Shown one piece after another: positions 12,663 to 21,855 of a DNA stretch of 38,337 nt (position 1 is the stretch's first letter; each line of letters begins with the position of its first letter). Source of the DNA: Oleiphilaceae bacterium (GTDB lineage Bacteria > Pseudomonadota > Gammaproteobacteria > Pseudomonadales > Oleiphilaceae); assembly GCA_041589495.1 (NCBI GenBank), contig JBFHVM010000001.1, positions 1 through 38,337 on the forward strand, read 5' to 3'. The notes below the pieces were generated by a model, which did not search any database, was not told the DNA's origin, and saw nothing but the letters and a program-made list of their open reading frames with translations. The translations under genes and the position numbers were made by a program.

Positions 12663-12734
12663 ACTGAACCGTAATATCGACAACTTAGACTGCGGTGGGG
12701 CCTTCGGCCTACAAAAATAAAAGGAGCTAGCAAG

Positions 12735-13553
12735 ATGAACACAGCAAAAAAAATACTGCTCGGTTTGGGTATAGCCGTTTTGTTGGGGGCTTGTGGAGGG
12801 GGAGAAGAAGCGCAACCCGAGCAGCAGAGCACATACGAGCGCATCAAGCAGGAGGGTGTGTTGCGCTGGGGGGCCGATGTGATTGGTGGTATTCCTTATG
12901 TCTACGAGGACCCTGAAAATCCGGGGCAGTACATCGGTTTTGAAATGGATATTGCCAAAGCGATTGCGAAGCAATTGGGTATCAGGCAGGAGATGGTCAT
13001 TAGAGCTTGGGATTCGCTGATTCCAGAATTGCAGAAAGGTAGCTTCGATATGGCAATGAACGGTATCGAAAATACGGAAGACCGCAGTAAGATCGTGCAG
13101 TTTTCAGAACCCTATTTTGTCTACTCTCAGCAGATTACCGTGCGAAAGGAGACCGAAGGCGTAAGCTCTCTGGACGATTTGAAAGGTAAAAAGGTCGCCA
13201 CCCTGTCGGGCACCGCCGCAGAGGATATTCTGCGCGGAATTTCCGAGATTGATGTACATATCAATCCAGAAATTATCTATAGCTATCAGGAACTTGAAGA
13301 TGGTACGGTTGATGCGGTAGTGCTTGATACTCCCATTGCGGCAGCTTATGGCGCAACCAACCCAAAATTCAAAAACGTGGGCGAAACCTTTGCTCCCGGG
13401 CACTATGTTATTGCGTTCAGAGATGAAGATAAGGCGCTGAAAGCGGCAGTGGATGCAGCAATTAAAGCGATGAAAGCGAATGGCGAGCTTACTGCCATTT
13501 ACAAGAAGTGGGGCATTATGAATCCCTTTCAGGCCAGTATCGGTATTGAATAG
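12735..13553 (+). CDS. amino-acid ABC-type substrate-binding lipoprotein (SBP family 3), orphan
   Basis: RBS AAAGGAG. Lipobox LLGAC-GGG. Motifs GF(E/D)(M/I)DI, WDSLIPELQKGSFDM and typical lobe-2 motifs. No permease or ATPase is adjacent. Confidence 0.85.
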   Translation: MNTAKKILLGLGIAVLLGACGGGEEAQPEQQSTYERIKQEGVLRWGADVIGGIPYVYEDPENPGQYIGFEMDIAKAIAKQLGIRQEMVIRAWDSLIPELQKGSFDMAMNGIENTEDRSKIVQFSEPYFVYSQQITVRKETEGVSSLDDLKGKKVATLSGTAAEDILRGISEIDVHINPEIIYSYQELEDGTVDAVVLDTPIAAAYGATNPKFKNVGETFAPGHYVIAFRDEDKALKAAVDAAIKAMKANGELTAIYKKWGIMNPFQASIGIE

Positions 13554-14989
13554 TGTCGGGCAGTCACTTCTTTTGTGATCAATGCAGTGATCGGGGCGAA
13601 CCACAAACGGTCTGCTCCGTCATTGATGCTGCCGAATTGGCGCGCGTAGCGGTACTAGACGTCGAGGGCGTTAAGCAGGCTATTCAGGCGATGCAGGGTG
13701 TTGTGCCTCCTAAAGGTGTCGTCTTCGAATTTATCTTGCGCCTGCGTGGCGCGATAGAGTCTCGATATGATGAGCTACTGGTCTGCCTGCAGGAAGAAAG
13801 CGGATTTACTGCTGAAGATAACCGCGAGGTATTGGCAGGTATTATCGATTACCTGGAATGCTTCGATAAGTATTCCGAGGCCTGTACTTGGTCTGAAGAG
13901 CCTGCCATTCCGCACAGTTTTAACGGGTCAGAACAGCGTTACATGCAGATTGTTTCTAAGCCTGTATCCTGCGTTGGCGTAATGGTGCCGCAGAATGCCT
14001 CACTGGGCCTGGCCGTGATTGCTTTGGTATCGGCTTTGGCTGCCGGTGCACGCGTTATTATAAGGCCGTCTATGCAGTGTGCAGCCTCTGGAGCATTGCT
14101 GGCACAGATATTGGCACAAAGCGCCCCTCCAGGGGGCTGTGTTGCGGTGGTTAATTGTAAGGCGAGCGATTTTTTGCAGGCTTGTCTGGCGTCTCCGCAG
14201 ATTGGTATGGTGCACTATATAGGCAGTGATCGCTTTGCACAGGGCGTATTGAGCGAGTCATTCAGGCACGGCAAGCAGGCCCTCGTGGATGGCGAGGGTA
14301 ATGGCATGCTGTTGATTGGTGATGATTATCCGCTGGATAAGGCCTGTGAACTGATTTGCTCGGCTGCCACCCGGTTCAACGGCCAAACCTGCACCTCGGT
14401 TAACGGTGTGCTGGTTTCGCCTGAACGTTTACCAGCTTTGCAACAAAGCCTGGCAGAGCGCTTTTCAGCATTGCGCGTGGGCGACCCCCGCGATGGACTC
14501 TGTCATTTAGGGCCATTATTCAGTGGCGCGCAGGCTATTGCTCAGTGCGAACGGGCGCGGGACACACAGCAGGCAATAGTGATCACAGGAGGCGAAGCGC
14601 GGGGGAACTATTTGCCGGCGACCTTGGTAGTGAACCCCGCAATATCAGATGAGATGGTTCGGGAGGGCTTTTTTGGGCCGCTGGTTTGGCTAGCCGGCGT
14701 GCCACAAAAGGAGTGGGGCAGGTGGATGGCAGCTAATCGTTTTCCGCTTAGTGACACGCTGCTGAGCAACGACGCAGACTTGCAACAGTGGTTCATCGGC
14801 CAGAGCCGAGCAGGCCGGCTGTGTTTTAACGAAGACCCCTCCATTGAGTCAATGTTTGAGCCTTGGGGCGGTTACGCGCCGGCTGCCAGTAATCCGGTTT
14901 CACACTGGATTCATAAATATACCAGCACCGTGCAATTCGATGCCGCCAGGGCTTCGTTGGGTGCGATCACGCGTTTGCCTCGATGTTGA
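13553..14989 (+). CDS. divergent aldehyde dehydrogenase-family protein
   Basis: The GTG start overlaps the SBP stop (TAGTG, 13551-13555). Catalytic-Cys block FNGQTCTSVNGVLV. The position of the usual LELGGK reads LVDGEGNG. CxxC lies near the N-terminus (FFCDQCSD). Confidence 0.75.
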   Translation: MSGSHFFCDQCSDRGEPQTVCSVIDAAELARVAVLDVEGVKQAIQAMQGVVPPKGVVFEFILRLRGAIESRYDELLVCLQEESGFTAEDNREVLAGIIDYLECFDKYSEACTWSEEPAIPHSFNGSEQRYMQIVSKPVSCVGVMVPQNASLGLAVIALVSALAAGARVIIRPSMQCAASGALLAQILAQSAPPGGCVAVVNCKASDFLQACLASPQIGMVHYIGSDRFAQGVLSESFRHGKQALVDGEGNGMLLIGDDYPLDKACELICSAATRFNGQTCTSVNGVLVSPERLPALQQSLAERFSALRVGDPRDGLCHLGPLFSGAQAIAQCERARDTQQAIVITGGEARGNYLPATLVVNPAISDEMVREGFFGPLVWLAGVPQKEWGRWMAANRFPLSDTLLSNDADLQQWFIGQSRAGRLCFNEDPSIESMFEPWGGYAPAASNPVSHWIHKYTSTVQFDAARASLGAITRLPRC

Positions 14990-15038
14990 AAGTAGTCGGA
15001 ATAGAGTGTTGTATGCTTAGTTGTGTGAGGGGCCTGTG

Positions 15039-16880
15039 ATGAAGTCGCTGGGAATCAGAGGGCAGCTCATTGTTATGGTTGTCACGGCGGTGGTGGCCTC
15101 GATACTGGCCGCGTCTGTGTTTATCCGTGAGTTGGTTTACGATCATATTCTTGATCAGAAACAAACCACTGCCGAAATACTCACGGCCTCTGTAGTGCAT
15201 GATATTAAGTACGAGTACAACTTTCGCAACCAGGTCGCGATTAATTCCATCATCAGTAAATATCTGACCTACTACCGTATTATCAATGATATTCATTATT
15301 ACGCCATGAATACTGAGCGCGTCGTCGACATCTATGCTCCAAGTATTACAGTGCTCGGTGAAAATCGAGAGGTTGATGCCCAGATACAACAGGCCCTCTA
15401 TAAGGCGCGCCCCAGTCTTGACATGACCGAATCCAAGGCCGATGGCCTCAGCATCCGATCTGTCGCGCCGGTTCTGCAGGGCTCCAAAGTCATTGGCGCT
15501 GTCGTTATTCAGCTATCCATTAACGATATCAGAAAAATCATGTCGGCCATTATGCAGCGTATTTATCTGATTATGTTTGTGGTGTTGGCGGTTGCCATTG
15601 TGGTGCTGTTTGCTTTTTTGCGCTCTAGCCTCTTGCGTCGATTGACACATCTCATGCGCATGACACGTGAAGTGTCGAGTGGAAATTACACCATTAAAAT
15701 TGAGGATCCGCGCTATGACGAACTCGGGCGACTGGCGCGATCCTTCAATCAGATGACCGAAGATCTGCAGTCATCACGCATTGAGATTGAAAACCATAAC
15801 CGGCAGCTCGATCAAAAAGTAAAAGATGCCACTGCGGAGCTGCAGGAAGCCTACGAGAATCTCAAAAACGCGCAGAGTCAGATCGTACTCAGCGAGAAAA
15901 TGGCGTCTCTGGGGGTGCTTATTTCGGGGATTGCGCACGAGATCAATACGCCCGTGGGGGCCATTGCCAATATGTCGAATCACATGCGTGATATTGTGAA
16001 AGATTTACCTGGCATTCTGGTGCAGTGTATTGAGGACAATGTCGATGCCCGTAAACTTTCTCTGCTGTTGGACGCAGTGATAGAGTCGGCGTCGGTCATT
16101 GCCTCCCCGCCTCATTTTAAGACGGTGCGTGAAGTGGAGGCTATTTTTCGAGAAGCCGGCATTGAACAATGGCGTGAACGCGCCAGCACATTGGCCAGTT
16201 TTCATTTTGTCGACAAGGATCAGGTAGAGGCGTTTCTCGATTGTTTTAAATCGGATGCGGCATTTGGCCTGTTTGAAGTCACCGGCTATATTGCCAACTC
16301 GGCCAGTATTTGTGGCACCAGCTCACAGAAGATTCAGGATATTATTCAGGCGCTCAAATTTTATGCATACACGGATAAGGACAGAGTGGAGTTGACTAAT
16401 CTGAACGATTCAATCCAAACCTCCCTGGTACTCAATAAGAATCGATTAAAGCATTCCGTAGATCTGCAGCTTAATTTGGAAGAAAACTTGCCCGCCATTC
16501 CCTGTACCAGCGAAATTCATCAGATATGGACGGTTTTGGTGAATAACGCGCTCGATGAGTTTGAGAGCAAAGGCGAAGATTTCCCTGGTGAAATTCGAAT
16601 ACGCAGTTTCGTTGATGATTACCATGCCTGCGTGAGTATCGAAGACAATGGCGGGGGAATTCCGCGTAAAATCATTGACAAGATATTCGACCCCTTCTTT
16701 ACTACCAAGGACATCGGTAAGGGAACGGGGTTGGGACTGTCCATCGTTACGGGGATCGTCAATAAGCACGGAGGCAAAATTGACGTAGAGACGGGCGGTG
16801 GTAAAACGCTGTTTACCGTGCGTATTCCACTGGCTGGAATGCGAGAGAACGGGCATGGCATGCTGTCGACAGAAGATTAG
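15039..16880 (+). CDS. membrane sensor histidine kinase (2 TM, periplasmic domain, HAMP, HisKA, HATPase)
   Basis: Start moved to the ATG at 15039, 6 nt after GAGGGG. TM helices LIVMVVTAVVASILAASVF and IYLIMFVVLAVAIVVLFAF. H-box SGIAHEINTPVGAI, G1 EDNGGGIP, G2 GTGLGLSI. Confidence 0.85.
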   Translation: MKSLGIRGQLIVMVVTAVVASILAASVFIRELVYDHILDQKQTTAEILTASVVHDIKYEYNFRNQVAINSIISKYLTYYRIINDIHYYAMNTERVVDIYAPSITVLGENREVDAQIQQALYKARPSLDMTESKADGLSIRSVAPVLQGSKVIGAVVIQLSINDIRKIMSAIMQRIYLIMFVVLAVAIVVLFAFLRSSLLRRLTHLMRMTREVSSGNYTIKIEDPRYDELGRLARSFNQMTEDLQSSRIEIENHNRQLDQKVKDATAELQEAYENLKNAQSQIVLSEKMASLGVLISGIAHEINTPVGAIANMSNHMRDIVKDLPGILVQCIEDNVDARKLSLLLDAVIESASVIASPPHFKTVREVEAIFREAGIEQWRERASTLASFHFVDKDQVEAFLDCFKSDAAFGLFEVTGYIANSASICGTSSQKIQDIIQALKFYAYTDKDRVELTNLNDSIQTSLVLNKNRLKHSVDLQLNLEENLPAIPCTSEIHQIWTVLVNNALDEFESKGEDFPGEIRIRSFVDDYHACVSIEDNGGGIPRKIIDKIFDPFFTTKDIGKGTGLGLSIVTGIVNKHGGKIDVETGGGKTLFTVRIPLAGMRENGHGMLSTED

Positions 16881-16942
16881 ACAGAGCCCTTGTCGTGCCA
16901 GGAAGGTGTCGCGTACAGTGCGACCTCTAATGGGAGAAGCAA

Positions 16943-19252
16943 ATGTCTGAACATGCTTTACCCACATACGAGTTACACGTGGTCTGTGTGGATGACGATC
17001 AGGAGTTTTTGCGCTCGTTGGGATTGATATTGCCCGATCAACTCAATGCCATGCGCGATGATAATGGTTGGCTGCGGTTTTCGTTTTTTGAAACTCCTGC
17101 CGAAGCGCTCGAATTTCTCGCAGAAATCAAGTCCATGGGCGAAGAAGTCGCTCTCATCGTCAGTGACCAGAAAATGCCGGCCATGAAAGGCACGGAGTTT
17201 CTACTTAAAACCAAAGAATTTGCTCCCGAGGCCTCCTGCGCTCTCCTCACAGGCTATGCCGGCATCGAGTCGGCAGTAGATGCCATCAACAGCAAACTAC
17301 TCAATCGCTATCTTACAAAGCCCATCGAAGATGAACGTAATTTCGTGCTCACCCTGCACGAATTGATTCAGAGCTATTTAAGGGAGCGCACCATTGACCG
17401 GCAAGGTCGGGCGTTAAGGGATTTATATACCTTCGCCAACACACTCAATAGCATCGAAGATTTTCAGTCCGCTCTTGATTATATCGTGCTATTTACCAGT
17501 AAAGCTTTGCAGTGCCAGCGTGTGTCGCTGATGCTATTGGAGGATGAGCCCGAACCCTACCTAAAAATCGCAGCTGCCAAGGGCTTGCCTGAGCGGGTTG
17601 TGCGATCCACCCGCTTATCCATGGGAGATAGGGTGGCCGGCAACGTCATGCAGAACCGTCAGGCTGTGTATGCCAAAGATATTGCTGATCTGGGTGTAGA
17701 ACAGAAACACCAGCCTTTTGAGGAGGCTGTGTTTATGTCGGTGCCCATGTTATGGGCCAATCTTAACTCGAGCCAGAATCCGGTCGGTGTCATTAATGCC
17801 ACCGACAAGGATGAAGGGCAGGTATTCGATCAGAGTGATCTCGAAATACTCACCTATATCTCAAATACAGCCACTATTGCGATCAACAACCATTTAAATG
17901 CGCAAAAGCTGAAAGAAGCTTACATGGAAAGTAAAACCCAGGCTGCTGCGTTATCGCACATGATGCATCATAACGGCTTAACAGGGCTGCCAAACCGTGC
18001 CGATTTTGATAACAAACTGCGTAGACTGGTGCGATCTCGCACCGCCATCAACTCCCTGACCGTGCTGATGATCAATCTGGACCGGTTTCGGGATATTAAC
18101 TGTGCTGTGGGACATCAGGGCGGAGATCTTGTTCTCAAGCTGATTGCCAATCGCCTGGCCAGTATGGTCGACAAGCAATGGTTGTTTCATATTGGCACTG
18201 ATGAGTTTGCCTTGATCATGCAAGATGTAGGAGAAGCCGAAACGCTCACCTTCATTGGCGAAATTAAGTCACGTATGGATACGCCGATTGAGTTTGAGGG
18301 CAATTCGATTGCCGTGCATATGACCTATGGTATCGCGCGCTATCCCGATCACGCCTCAGACTTCAAGCTTCTTATTCAAAAGGCTGATGTGGCATTGAAT
18401 CAAGCCAAACAGATGGGCAAAAGCGTACATATTTACGATGGCGACAAAGATTTGTACAACACGCGCCGCCTCACTATGACCAATGAGTTGCGACACGCCA
18501 TTACTACCGATGAACTGGTGCTCTACTATCAGCCTAAAATCAGCCTCAAAACAGGGCATGTGGAGGGGGTAGAGGCGCTTGTTCGTTGGATTCATCCTAA
18601 ACATGGCTTTACCCCACCAGATCAGTTCATCCCTTTAGCCGAACAGACGGGGCTCATGGAAGCTCTCACCGATTGGGTCTTGCGCACTGCAGCGAAGCAG
18701 TGTGCGTTGTGGGAGACGAAAGGCCTCGGTGGTATCAGTGTCGCAGTGAATCTGTCGACATTAAATCTACTCGAGGCCGGATTTGCTCAAAAGCTTAAAG
18801 CCATCAGTCATGAAGCATCCATTCATGTCAGTAAACTGCATCTTGAAATTACTGAAAGTGTGATTATGAGTAATCTTGATTTGACCTTGCATACGCTGGA
18901 ACAGCTCAGCCTGATGGGATTTAACATCGACCTGGACGACTTTGGTACGGGGTATTCCTCTTTGGCCTATGTGAAGAATCTCCCTATCGATGCCATCAAG
19001 ATAGATCGCTCGTTCATCAAGGACATCAACGAAGACGAGCACGACGTGCAGATCGTGCAATCCATTGTGGAGCTTGGACATAGTCTTAATCTTAAATTAA
19101 TCGCCGAGGGTGTCGAGAACGAAGAAACGGTACACCTACTGCGGCGCATGGGCTGTGACTCGGTACAAGGCTTTCATTTCAGTAAACCTCTACCGGCCGA
19201 CGAGCTGGAGCAGTGGCTGAAAGGTTTCCACTTTCAGGCGGCCTCTGCGTAA
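16943..19252 (+). CDS. response regulator REC-GAF-GGDEF(degenerate)-EAL, probable c-di-GMP phosphodiesterase
   Basis: REC with LIVSDQKMPAMKG. GGDEF position reads GTDEF (HIGTDEFALIM), and there is no RxxD I-site 5 residues upstream. The EAL domain is intact: EALVRW, DDFGTGYSSL, KIDRSF, EGVE, QGFHFSKP. Confidence 0.9.
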   Translation: MSEHALPTYELHVVCVDDDQEFLRSLGLILPDQLNAMRDDNGWLRFSFFETPAEALEFLAEIKSMGEEVALIVSDQKMPAMKGTEFLLKTKEFAPEASCALLTGYAGIESAVDAINSKLLNRYLTKPIEDERNFVLTLHELIQSYLRERTIDRQGRALRDLYTFANTLNSIEDFQSALDYIVLFTSKALQCQRVSLMLLEDEPEPYLKIAAAKGLPERVVRSTRLSMGDRVAGNVMQNRQAVYAKDIADLGVEQKHQPFEEAVFMSVPMLWANLNSSQNPVGVINATDKDEGQVFDQSDLEILTYISNTATIAINNHLNAQKLKEAYMESKTQAAALSHMMHHNGLTGLPNRADFDNKLRRLVRSRTAINSLTVLMINLDRFRDINCAVGHQGGDLVLKLIANRLASMVDKQWLFHIGTDEFALIMQDVGEAETLTFIGEIKSRMDTPIEFEGNSIAVHMTYGIARYPDHASDFKLLIQKADVALNQAKQMGKSVHIYDGDKDLYNTRRLTMTNELRHAITTDELVLYYQPKISLKTGHVEGVEALVRWIHPKHGFTPPDQFIPLAEQTGLMEALTDWVLRTAAKQCALWETKGLGGISVAVNLSTLNLLEAGFAQKLKAISHEASIHVSKLHLEITESVIMSNLDLTLHTLEQLSLMGFNIDLDDFGTGYSSLAYVKNLPIDAIKIDRSFIKDINEDEHDVQIVQSIVELGHSLNLKLIAEGVENEETVHLLRRMGCDSVQGFHFSKPLPADELEQWLKGFHFQAASA

Positions 19253-19274
19253 GCTGCATCTCAGGAGAGAGCCA

Positions 19275-19631
19275 ATGCCTATTCAACATATACCCAAACT
19301 GGCAGAGCAGACGCTTACCCGTTTTGACGCGGGCCCTGGCGTACGTGCTTCAGTCTGTGACCTGCTGGTATCACACGATACGGATAAACCCATGACGGCG
19401 GGTTTGTTCAGACTGGAGAAAGGTGAGAGTCTCACTTATACCTATGAGTATGACGAAATGAAGCTGGTACTCGAGGGCGAGTTTTTGCTCAGCGACGATC
19501 AGGGCGGCGAATTTCGCGCGCAGGCGGGCGATCTCCTCTACTTTGCCAAAGGTACGACGGTTACCTTCGATACGCCACAGTTTGGTCTTGGCTATTATGT
19601 GGGGCAAAGGGGCTTGGACGAAGGCTCTTAG
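19275..19631 (+). CDS. small cupin-domain protein (cupin_3/DUF861-like)
   Basis: RBS AGGAGAG. 118 aa. The pattern EMKLVLEGEF.L.DD.G.....AGDLLYF.KGT is typical of single-domain cupins. Located 22 nt after the upstream regulator gene. Confidence 0.6.
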   Translation: MPIQHIPKLAEQTLTRFDAGPGVRASVCDLLVSHDTDKPMTAGLFRLEKGESLTYTYEYDEMKLVLEGEFLLSDDQGGEFRAQAGDLLYFAKGTTVTFDTPQFGLGYYVGQRGLDEGS

Positions 19632-19639
19632 TCCTCGTT

Positions 19640-20620
19640 CTAGTTGGGCAAAGTATACAAGCCAGTCTCGGTGAAATAAGCCTGTAGCACCTGTTTTGCG
19701 GTGACCGCTTTGTCGTGACATAAGCGAGTAAGCAAAGGCAGTTGTTGCGCCGCCTGTCGGACAGAATGTTCGATTATGCCTTCTGGCAACTCCCGCCAAC
19801 GTTGACAGACCACATGCAGGCAGGTGGAAGCGTTATCTGTGGAATCAAGATTTAATATACGAGATATAAGTGCTTCCCAGCGGGGTATCTCCCCTTTAAG
19901 TTCATTTTTTTCGCAGAGCAGGTCGGTGCCCAGTTGTTCCAGCAGGCTACTGTGGATCATTTCGAGATTGATTTTACTGACGGCTTTGGTGTGGCGTTCC
20001 TTATGGTCCTGAAATTCTTCGGCATAAATCATGACCATCACCGAGGTAGGTGCGTAACGATAGTATTGCTCGTATTGATAGTGGGAAGATAGTGCCGAAC
20101 AGAACAAGCTCTTTGGGTGAGGCTTGCCTTCAGAATTGGTGGTAAGGCGCCCGACAATTGGGTTGAGTATGTTGCCGTTTTTTTGCCGTTGATAGCCTGG
20201 CAGACTTCTGGCCAGAGCCTGTTTAACCCTTTTGCGATCCCTGCGCAGATTGGCGGCAGCAGCGTTCAGGCCCCAAAACAGAGTTTCACTTTCCTTTAGA
20301 GCGTGTTGGTGGTTGTTCCATTCGTGGTGAGGCAATAACAACCAGCGGCCAACGCGCTTTCCATTCTCTTTGGCGGTATAAAACGCCTTCATTTCGCCAC
20401 TTAAAAAGTGCACGAGCGATTGATCGAGATTGTCGATTGGTGGCAGATACGTGACATGGGCTAATCCCGGCGCGTAGGGGCATACGCTTTCTGCACGCGC
20501 TATCCAACCGCGGAGGCGTGCTTCACGCTCTGCAAATCCATTGTTATCTTCAGAACCGTTTCCCAAGGTAAACGGGGTTCTGGGCTGACTATTTGCACTG
20601 TACTTACTTGCCAATTTCAT
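19640..20620 (-). CDS. hypothetical protein, 326 aa, no family recognised
   Basis: Good RBS (AAGGAG 8 nt before the ATG at 20620). Uninterrupted ORF, divergently arranged with the LysR gene. The composition looks like a soluble protein. Confidence 0.6.
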   Translation of the reverse strand: MKLASKYSANSQPRTPFTLGNGSEDNNGFAEREARLRGWIARAESVCPYAPGLAHVTYLPPIDNLDQSLVHFLSGEMKAFYTAKENGKRVGRWLLLPHHEWNNHQHALKESETLFWGLNAAAANLRRDRKRVKQALARSLPGYQRQKNGNILNPIVGRLTTNSEGKPHPKSLFCSALSSHYQYEQYYRYAPTSVMVMIYAEEFQDHKERHTKAVSKINLEMIHSSLLEQLGTDLLCEKNELKGEIPRWEALISRILNLDSTDNASTCLHVVCQRWRELPEGIIEHSVRQAAQQLPLLTRLCHDKAVTAKQVLQAYFTETGLYTLPN

Positions 20621-20745
20621 CTGCGTCTACTCCTTGTTGCGGCAGATCCCGTCTTGTTGTTTTTCACCTTGACTAGTATGGGATTAGGCAATAAAAGATT
20701 AAAACGCAAAGATTTCCTGGCAGTTGTGACAAAAGTTCAAAAATT

Positions 20746-21654
20746 ATGCATGACCAGTTTGATGTATTCGTTTCCGTTGTAGAAATGGGAAGTTTTTCCA
20801 CTGCAGCCAAAAAACTGCACAAATCCCCCTCGGCGGTGAGCAAACAAATGGCGGCGCTTGAGCAGGCGCACGCAACCCAGTTTTTTGATCGGACCACGCG
20901 CAGTCTTAATCTCACCGAAGCCGGAAAAATTTACTATGCACATTGCAAGGAAATGCAGCATCGCATTCGTAACGTGAGTAAGGAACTGGATTCGCTTGCA
21001 GGTAATCCTGCAGGCGAAATACGTATAACCTGGCCTGCAGGCTTAGCATATTCACGTGCAGCGGAGGCGCTTGGTGAATTTGCCAAGCAATACACCGAGG
21101 TGCGCTTTGATATTGTCGCAACCAATGACGTGGTCAACATTAAGGAAGAGGGGATTGATATTGCTTTTCGCACCTCGCCCAAAGAGAGTAGCGACCTTGT
21201 AGGCATTGAGTTATTTGAGGTGCGCCCTATGGTTTGCGCCAGCCCCGATTTCATCGACCGCCACGGCCCTCTTAAACAACTCTCCGACTTGGCTGAAGTG
21301 CCGAATATTCTGCCCAGCTATATGAATCTCGTTCAAAAAATGCGCCCCAGTTTCCCCGAACTAGCGCAGCTAAAGTTTGAAGAGCAACACCGGGCCAGCG
21401 ATATAGCCGCCATGCTCAATCTGTGTCGAAACGGCCTGGGAGCGGCGTTGTTGCTTGAACATATCGTCGAACGAGAGCTGCAGAGTGGTGAATTGGTAAA
21501 CGTGTTCCCGGATCTGCCAGTGCCAAACTTGCCGGTGTACATGATCCACCATCGACTGCAGCACACGCCGCAACGCTTGCGGGTGTTTATTGACTTCTTC
21601 AAACGATATTTTCTGTATCCGGACGAAGTGACAGGCATAGATAGATGCGATTGA
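20746..21654 (+). CDS. LysR-family transcriptional regulator
   Basis: N-terminal wHTH FDVFVSVVEMGSFSTAAKKLHKSPSAVSKQMAALE. 302 aa. Classical divergent arrangement. Confidence 0.9.
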   Translation: MHDQFDVFVSVVEMGSFSTAAKKLHKSPSAVSKQMAALEQAHATQFFDRTTRSLNLTEAGKIYYAHCKEMQHRIRNVSKELDSLAGNPAGEIRITWPAGLAYSRAAEALGEFAKQYTEVRFDIVATNDVVNIKEEGIDIAFRTSPKESSDLVGIELFEVRPMVCASPDFIDRHGPLKQLSDLAEVPNILPSYMNLVQKMRPSFPELAQLKFEEQHRASDIAAMLNLCRNGLGAALLLEHIVERELQSGELVNVFPDLPVPNLPVYMIHHRLQHTPQRLRVFIDFFKRYFLYPDEVTGIDRCD

Positions 21655-21855
21655 CGAGACCTGGGTTGCTATCCATGAATGTTCGCGTCCCGCACGGTGC
21701 CTCTGACACAATACTGTCATCCAACGGTCCCTCGTCGTCATCCCGTACATGATCAGGGACCCATACGCGCGCCACCAGAGCAGTATGGAACCCGGGGTCA
21801 GAGTCTCACACGGAACGACATTAAGTTAAGGATTATTCAACAATAAAACGGAGCT

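Noticed and set aside
12690-12706. GGCC-ttc-GGCC hairpin after the LysRS-like gene as a terminator.
   Set aside because: The stem is only 4 bp and no downstream T-run exists on the + strand; the A/T run follows as A-rich sequence. It is too weak to annotate.
21655-21855. 200-bp convergent spacer between the LysR and FRG genes, containing GTCCCT...AGGGAC (6-bp stem, 22-nt loop). I considered a small RNA, att site or terminator.
   Set aside because: There is no T-tract, no tRNA-like or known RNA motif that I can recognise, and no repeat partner elsewhere in the window.
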